From assembly GCA_964463155.1 (NCBI GenBank), contig CAYXAY010000030.1:1-9131 (forward strand): a stretch of 9,131 bases of DNA. The letters are read 5' to 3'. This stretch comes from an uncultured archaeon. GTDB lineage: Archaea > Iainarchaeota > Iainarchaeia > Iainarchaeales > CSSED10-239. The translations under genes and the position numbers were made by a program. Position 1 is the first letter of the stretch. Every line of letters begins with the position of its first letter. Shown here one piece after another: positions 5,968-9,131 of this stretch. The notes below the pieces were generated by a model. The model searched no databases, had not been told where the DNA came from, and saw only the letters and a program-made list of their open reading frames with translations.

Positions 5968-8595
5968 ATGAGAAACATTGGACTAACATCAATTGAAGCA
6001 AAAAATAGACTACAGTTATTTGGGTCAAATGAGATAAAGGACGTTAACAAGAAAACATGGTATGAAATATTGTTTAGACAGATAAAAAGTAATTTTGTTG
6101 TTTACCTATTATTTATAGCAACAATTCTTTCTTTTTTTGTAGGAAAAACAGTCACTGGCTATACACTCATAGGCGTGATATTTTTAATTATTATAGTTGG
6201 TTTTGTTCAGGAATATAAAGCCGAGAAGGCAATAAACGCCTTAAAAAAAATGATTGAAGCAACAAGCATAGTTATAAGGGATGGAAAAGAAAAAGAAATA
6301 TTATCAAAAGACATAGTCCCCGGAGACATTCTGCTATTAAGGATAGGAGAAAAGATTCCTGCTGATGCAGCAATCATCGAGCAAAACAACTTGCTAGTTA
6401 ATGAAGCAATATTAACCGGAGAATCAAAGGAAGTAAAAAAGATTGAAGCAAGAACAGAAGACATCTATGATGACGAAAACATAGTCTTTATGGGGACCTT
6501 TGTTACAAATGGCAAATGTACAGCAAAAGTCACACACACAGGAATGAACACAAAGTTTGGAAAGATTGCTAGATTAATCTCCTCTACTGAAAAGGAAATG
6601 CCTTTACAAAAAAAAATAAATAAGATATGCAAGTATATGGCAATAATTGGTTTTTCTTTTTCTGTAATTGCTGGTATCTTGGTATTATTAAATTCTCCCA
6701 TAATAACAAAAGCTGTTTTGATTGATGTTCTTATTCTTGTTATAGCCGTTTCTGTGTCTTCATTTCCCCAAGGGTTTCCAGTAGTTCTTATTTCAGCACT
6801 ATCTTTTGGCGCATATAAAATGGCAAAGAAAAACGCAATTGTCAGTAGAATATCAATCATAGAAACACTTGGAGAAACAACTGTAATCTGTTCAGACAAA
6901 ACAGGTACGATAACAAAAGGAGAAATGACAGTAAAAAAGATTTATACTAACGACAAGCACATAGATGTTAGCGGTTCTGGTTATGAAAGACATGGGGATT
7001 TTATCTCTGACAACAAGAAAATAAAAGATATAAAGCACATAAAAAGCCTTGAATTGCTAATTAAGTCTGCAGTTCTATGTAATAATTCTTTTGTTAAAGA
7101 AATAGAAAACGACAATTACAAGATAAACGGTACACCAACAGAAGCTGCTCTTCTAGTTCTTGGAGCAAAAGCAAACCTTTTCAAAGAAGACTACAATGCA
7201 GAAATCATTGATGAAGTTCCTTTCTGTTCAGATAGAAAGATTATGAGTGTTGTTTCTTTGGAGGATAATAAAAAAACAGTTTATGTAAAAGGCGCTCCAG
7301 AAATACTAATCAACAAATGTACTCAAATCTACAAAAACGGAATTGTTCAAAAACTCACAGAAAGGGAAATAAAAACATTATTGGAAATAAACCAAGACTT
7401 AAACAAAGAAACCTACAGAACACTTGCTTTAGCCTATAAACCATATGATGGAAAAGAATTAGAAAAGGATTTGATATTTTTAGGGCTTGTTGGTCTTGAA
7501 GACCCACCACGAAAGGAAGTAAAAGAGACAATAAAACTTTGTATGGAATCTGGAATAAAAGTAAAGATGATAACAGGAGATAACAAGGACACAGCGATAT
7601 CAATAGCTAAACAGGTTGGTCTAGACTACAAAGGACTATTAATGGGACAAGACATTGATGATATGAGTGATGAGGAGCTAAAATACATAATAGATAGCAT
7701 AACAATCTTTGCAAGAGTTAGACCCGAACATAAACTAAGGATTGTTAAAGCCCTAAAAGCAAACGGCGAGATAGTAACAATGACAGGGGACGGCGTTAAC
7801 GACGCTCCTGCGCTTAAAGAGGCGCAGATAGGCGTTGCAATGGGAAAGAGTGGAACAGATGTTTCAAGGTCAGTTGCAGATCTGATACTAAAGGACGATA
7901 ACTTTGCAACAATTGTTTTTGCGGTAAAAGAAGGAAGAACAATATTTGCAAATATGAGAAAATTCACTTCATATCAACTATCTTGTAATATGGCTGAATT
8001 ATTTATAATCATTGTAGGCGTTGCTATTGCTTTTAAGTTTGGTTGGGGAATACCTTTGCTTTTGCCACTCCATATTCTTTTTATGAACATGGTAACTGAC
8101 AATCTACCAGCAATCACTTTAGGCTTTAATCCGTCTTCAAAAGACATAATGGAAGAAAGACCAAAGAAAAAGGAGATATTAACAAAAAACCTAATAATTT
8201 TGTTTATTTTCAGTGGTTTTTTGATGGGCTTGTTTGTTTTAGCAACATATTATGTTTCTTTTAATGTTTTTGGTTATGAGATGGTTAAAGCAAGGACAAT
8301 AGCTCTTGTGGCATTAATTGTTATAGAGATATTTGCAGCATACATCTACAGGTCATTTAGAAAACCAACACTAACAAGGTCTCCATTTGTAAACAAATAT
8401 CTTTTCTTTGCTTCTGGCGCATCAATTATTGCAACAATAATTATTCTTTATACCCCAGTTAGCAAGATATTTGACACCGTTCCATTAAGGATAATAGAGT
8501 GGCTGCCTATAGCGATCATGGGCTTTGTATTCCTTATAATCTTTGATGTCTTAAAGGCAATCAACCACAAAAAAAGATTCTGGAGCATTGAATAA
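5968..8595 (+). CDS. Cation-transporting P-type ATPase, type IIA-like (Ca2+-ATPase family)
   Basis: 875 aa with all hallmark motifs: 'GLTSIEAKNRLQLFGSNE' N-terminus, 'TGES' (A domain), 'CSDKTGTIT' (phospho-Asp D310), 'KGAPE', 'DPPR', 'MITGDN', 'TGDGVNDAPALK'. TM5 is 'YQLSCNMAE', TM6 is 'NMVTDNLPAITLGFNP', and 'MAKKNAIV' follows TM4 exactly as in SERCA-type pumps. The TM4 motif is PQGFP rather than PEGLP. Confidence 0.95.
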   Translation: MRNIGLTSIEAKNRLQLFGSNEIKDVNKKTWYEILFRQIKSNFVVYLLFIATILSFFVGKTVTGYTLIGVIFLIIIVGFVQEYKAEKAINALKKMIEATSIVIRDGKEKEILSKDIVPGDILLLRIGEKIPADAAIIEQNNLLVNEAILTGESKEVKKIEARTEDIYDDENIVFMGTFVTNGKCTAKVTHTGMNTKFGKIARLISSTEKEMPLQKKINKICKYMAIIGFSFSVIAGILVLLNSPIITKAVLIDVLILVIAVSVSSFPQGFPVVLISALSFGAYKMAKKNAIVSRISIIETLGETTVICSDKTGTITKGEMTVKKIYTNDKHIDVSGSGYERHGDFISDNKKIKDIKHIKSLELLIKSAVLCNNSFVKEIENDNYKINGTPTEAALLVLGAKANLFKEDYNAEIIDEVPFCSDRKIMSVVSLEDNKKTVYVKGAPEILINKCTQIYKNGIVQKLTEREIKTLLEINQDLNKETYRTLALAYKPYDGKELEKDLIFLGLVGLEDPPRKEVKETIKLCMESGIKVKMITGDNKDTAISIAKQVGLDYKGLLMGQDIDDMSDEELKYIIDSITIFARVRPEHKLRIVKALKANGEIVTMTGDGVNDAPALKEAQIGVAMGKSGTDVSRSVADLILKDDNFATIVFAVKEGRTIFANMRKFTSYQLSCNMAELFIIIVGVAIAFKFGWGIPLLLPLHILFMNMVTDNLPAITLGFNPSSKDIMEERPKKKEILTKNLIILFIFSGFLMGLFVLATYYVSFNVFGYEMVKARTIALVALIVIEIFAAYIYRSFRKPTLTRSPFVNKYLFFASGASIIATIIILYTPVSKIFDTVPLRIIEWLPIAIMGFVFLIIFDVLKAINHKKRFWSIE

Positions 8596-8604
8596 AAAAA
8601 GAAA

Positions 8605-8781
8605 TTATTCTTTCTTAAATGTAATTCTTTTGTTTATTGAATAATTCCAAAGAAAGCCAACACCAATTGCAATAATTTTGCCTATCATATAGTGAATTCC
8701 GAAGACTTCTACAAACAACTTAATTAAATCCTCAGCAGTATACTGCACATTTATGTGCTGATGAATGCCGAATAAATATTT
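8605..8781 (-). pseudogene. C-terminal remnant of a GtrA-like membrane protein
   Basis: The minus-strand open frame is '...KYLFGIHQHINVQYTAEDLIKLFVEVFGIHYMIGKIIAIGVGFLWNYSINKRITFKKE*' with its stop at 8607..8605. The end 'GIHYMIGKIIAIGVGFLWNYSINKRITFKK' matches the characteristic GtrA-family C-terminal TM helix plus the 'N-x-x-x-N/R-+-x-(W/I)-x-F' tail. Only about 55 of the expected 120-140 residues are present. In-frame start candidates are GTG 8748 and ATG 8688. The missing 5' part would lie where the IS element begins. Confidence 0.4.
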
Positions 8782-8811
8782 TTAAACTGTTTCTTATATA
8801 CCTCTAAAAAA

Positions 8812-8826
8812 AGCCGCTTCGCGGCT
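8812..8826. repeat. Perfect GC-rich inverted repeat (6-bp stem AGCCGC/GCGGCT, 3-nt loop)
   Basis: 'AGCCGCTTCGCGGCT' stands out in otherwise AT-rich sequence. It lies 24 nt upstream of the probable original tnpA ATG (8850). It is flanked on the left by A7 (8806-8812), so on the minus strand it reads as hairpin plus U7, the form of an intrinsic terminator. Position and form fit the subterminal left-end hairpin of IS200/IS605 elements. Confidence 0.6.
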
Positions 8827-8866
8827 ATAAAATATAGGAGTCGAATAATATGACAAATTAATGTAG

Positions 8867-9131
8867 CTATCAGATAAAAAACAATCGGATGCACGCCGAA
8901 ACTCGTTTCACTTTGTTTTTGTTTCAAAATACAGATATAATACATTCCGGAGTGTTTTTATAAGTGAAATAGTAAAAGATATTTTTAATGTTGTATCTCA
9001 AAAATATAATATCAAAATCCATACACAAGAAACAGATGTTGATCATATTCATCTGTTTCTGGAATTACCTACAACAATGTGCATACGACAAGCAATCTGC
9101 TTGTTGAAGTCAAACACAGCACATAACATTT
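8867..9131 (+). CDS. tnpA: IS200/IS605-family Y1 (HUH) transposase TnpA, 3'-partial at window edge; 5' end apparently disrupted
   Basis: The open frame from 8867 reads 'LSDKKQSDARRNSFHFVFVSKYRYNTFRSVFISEIVKDIFNVVSQKYNIKIHTQETDVDHIHLFLELPTTMCIRQAICLLKSNTAHNI'. 'FHFVFVSKYR' corresponds to the conserved 'YH(I/L)V(W/F)xxKYRR' block, and 'DHIHLF' (9041-9058) is the HUH motif. It is collinear by eye with IS608 TnpA. There is no in-frame ATG/GTG/TTG before 9077. An ATG at 8850, preceded by TAGGAG and at the expected distance, is in another frame and stops after 3 codons. Confidence 0.75.

Larger units (their letters stand above)
8812..9131 (+). mobile_element. IS200/IS605-family insertion sequence, left part (left boundary uncertain; continues beyond the window)
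   Basis: A subterminal hairpin is followed by tnpA in the canonical order. The true left end is probably some tens of nt left of the hairpin, somewhere in about 8782-8811, but cannot be fixed without the right end or a second copy. Confidence 0.6.

Noticed and set aside
5477-6050. Minus-strand ORFs 5477-5704 (75 aa) and 5745-6050 (101 aa)
   Set aside because: They lie antisense to the GNAT remnant and to the ATPase 5' end. The hydrophobic, F-rich translation is what AAA/GAA-rich sense strands produce on the opposite strand. There are no motifs.
6207-7967. Minus-strand ORFs inside the ATPase (6207-6464, 6465-6899, 7355-7603, 7626-7967)
   Set aside because: They lie antisense to a P-type ATPase that has every hallmark motif in frame. 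These are shadow ORFs.
8751-8945. 64-aa minus-strand ORF spanning the hairpin and the tnpA 5' region
   Set aside because: It crosses the GC hairpin and runs antisense to the conserved TnpA N-terminal block. The translation has no recognisable features. The plus-strand TnpA reading and the separate minus-strand GtrA-like frame explain the region better.
1-9131. Alternative genetic code (stop-codon reassignment) as the cause of the apparent in-frame stops
   Set aside because: Intact genes end cleanly at TAA (tyrS, gltX, the MBL gene, the ATPase, the membrane ORF) or TGA (trx) with sensible lengths. The broken genes also need frame changes, not just read-through. TAG cannot be fully assessed from this window.
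1-9131. CRISPR arrays, tRNA/rRNA genes, tandem repeats
   Set aside because: Reading the intergenic regions (1-263, 324-533, 678-804, 5395-5456, 8596-8866) showed no regularly spaced direct repeats and no cloverleaf-compatible GC-rich segments. This was done by eye only, and a tRNAscan/Infernal run would settle it.

Overview
This is a very AT-rich, gene-dense window that looks archaeal. The TyrRS is archaeal-type with a KMSSS motif. The GluRS is the 568-aa archaeal/eukaryal type, with a long N-terminal domain before its HIGH motif. Small proteins and tight spacing suggest a reduced (DPANN-like) genome, but that is inference only.

Plus-strand operon (805-4757, gaps of 17 nt or less): thioredoxin-fold protein, small membrane protein, tyrS, gltX, small metallo-beta-lactamase-fold hydrolase. 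Upstream are two short ORFs missing from the supplied track: a 19-aa lysine-rich micro-ORF with a strong Shine-Dalgarno (264-323), and a 47-aa Cys4 zinc-ribbon ORF (534-677).

Downstream of the operon:
- a divergent pair of apparently dead genes, a HAD-like hydrolase on the minus strand (4760-5394) and a GNAT-like acetyltransferase on the plus strand (5457-5963)
- an intact 875-aa P-type (type IIA-like) cation ATPase (5968-8595)
- a C-terminal remnant of a GtrA-like membrane protein on the minus strand (8605-8781)
- a GC-rich hairpin (8812-8826)
- the 5' part of an IS200/IS605-family tnpA that runs off the window and lacks a usable start codon

I see no CRISPR array, tRNA or rRNA gene, and no recognisable multi-gene defence or novel system. 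The points most worth a second look are:
- the thioredoxin with SGPS in place of CGPC
- the ATPase with PQGFP in place of PEGLP (Gln at the SERCA E309 position)
- the polylysine micro-ORF
- the cluster of multiply disrupted accessory genes and the IS remnant beside intact essential genes

All homology statements come from reading the translations by eye against remembered family motifs. No searches were run.
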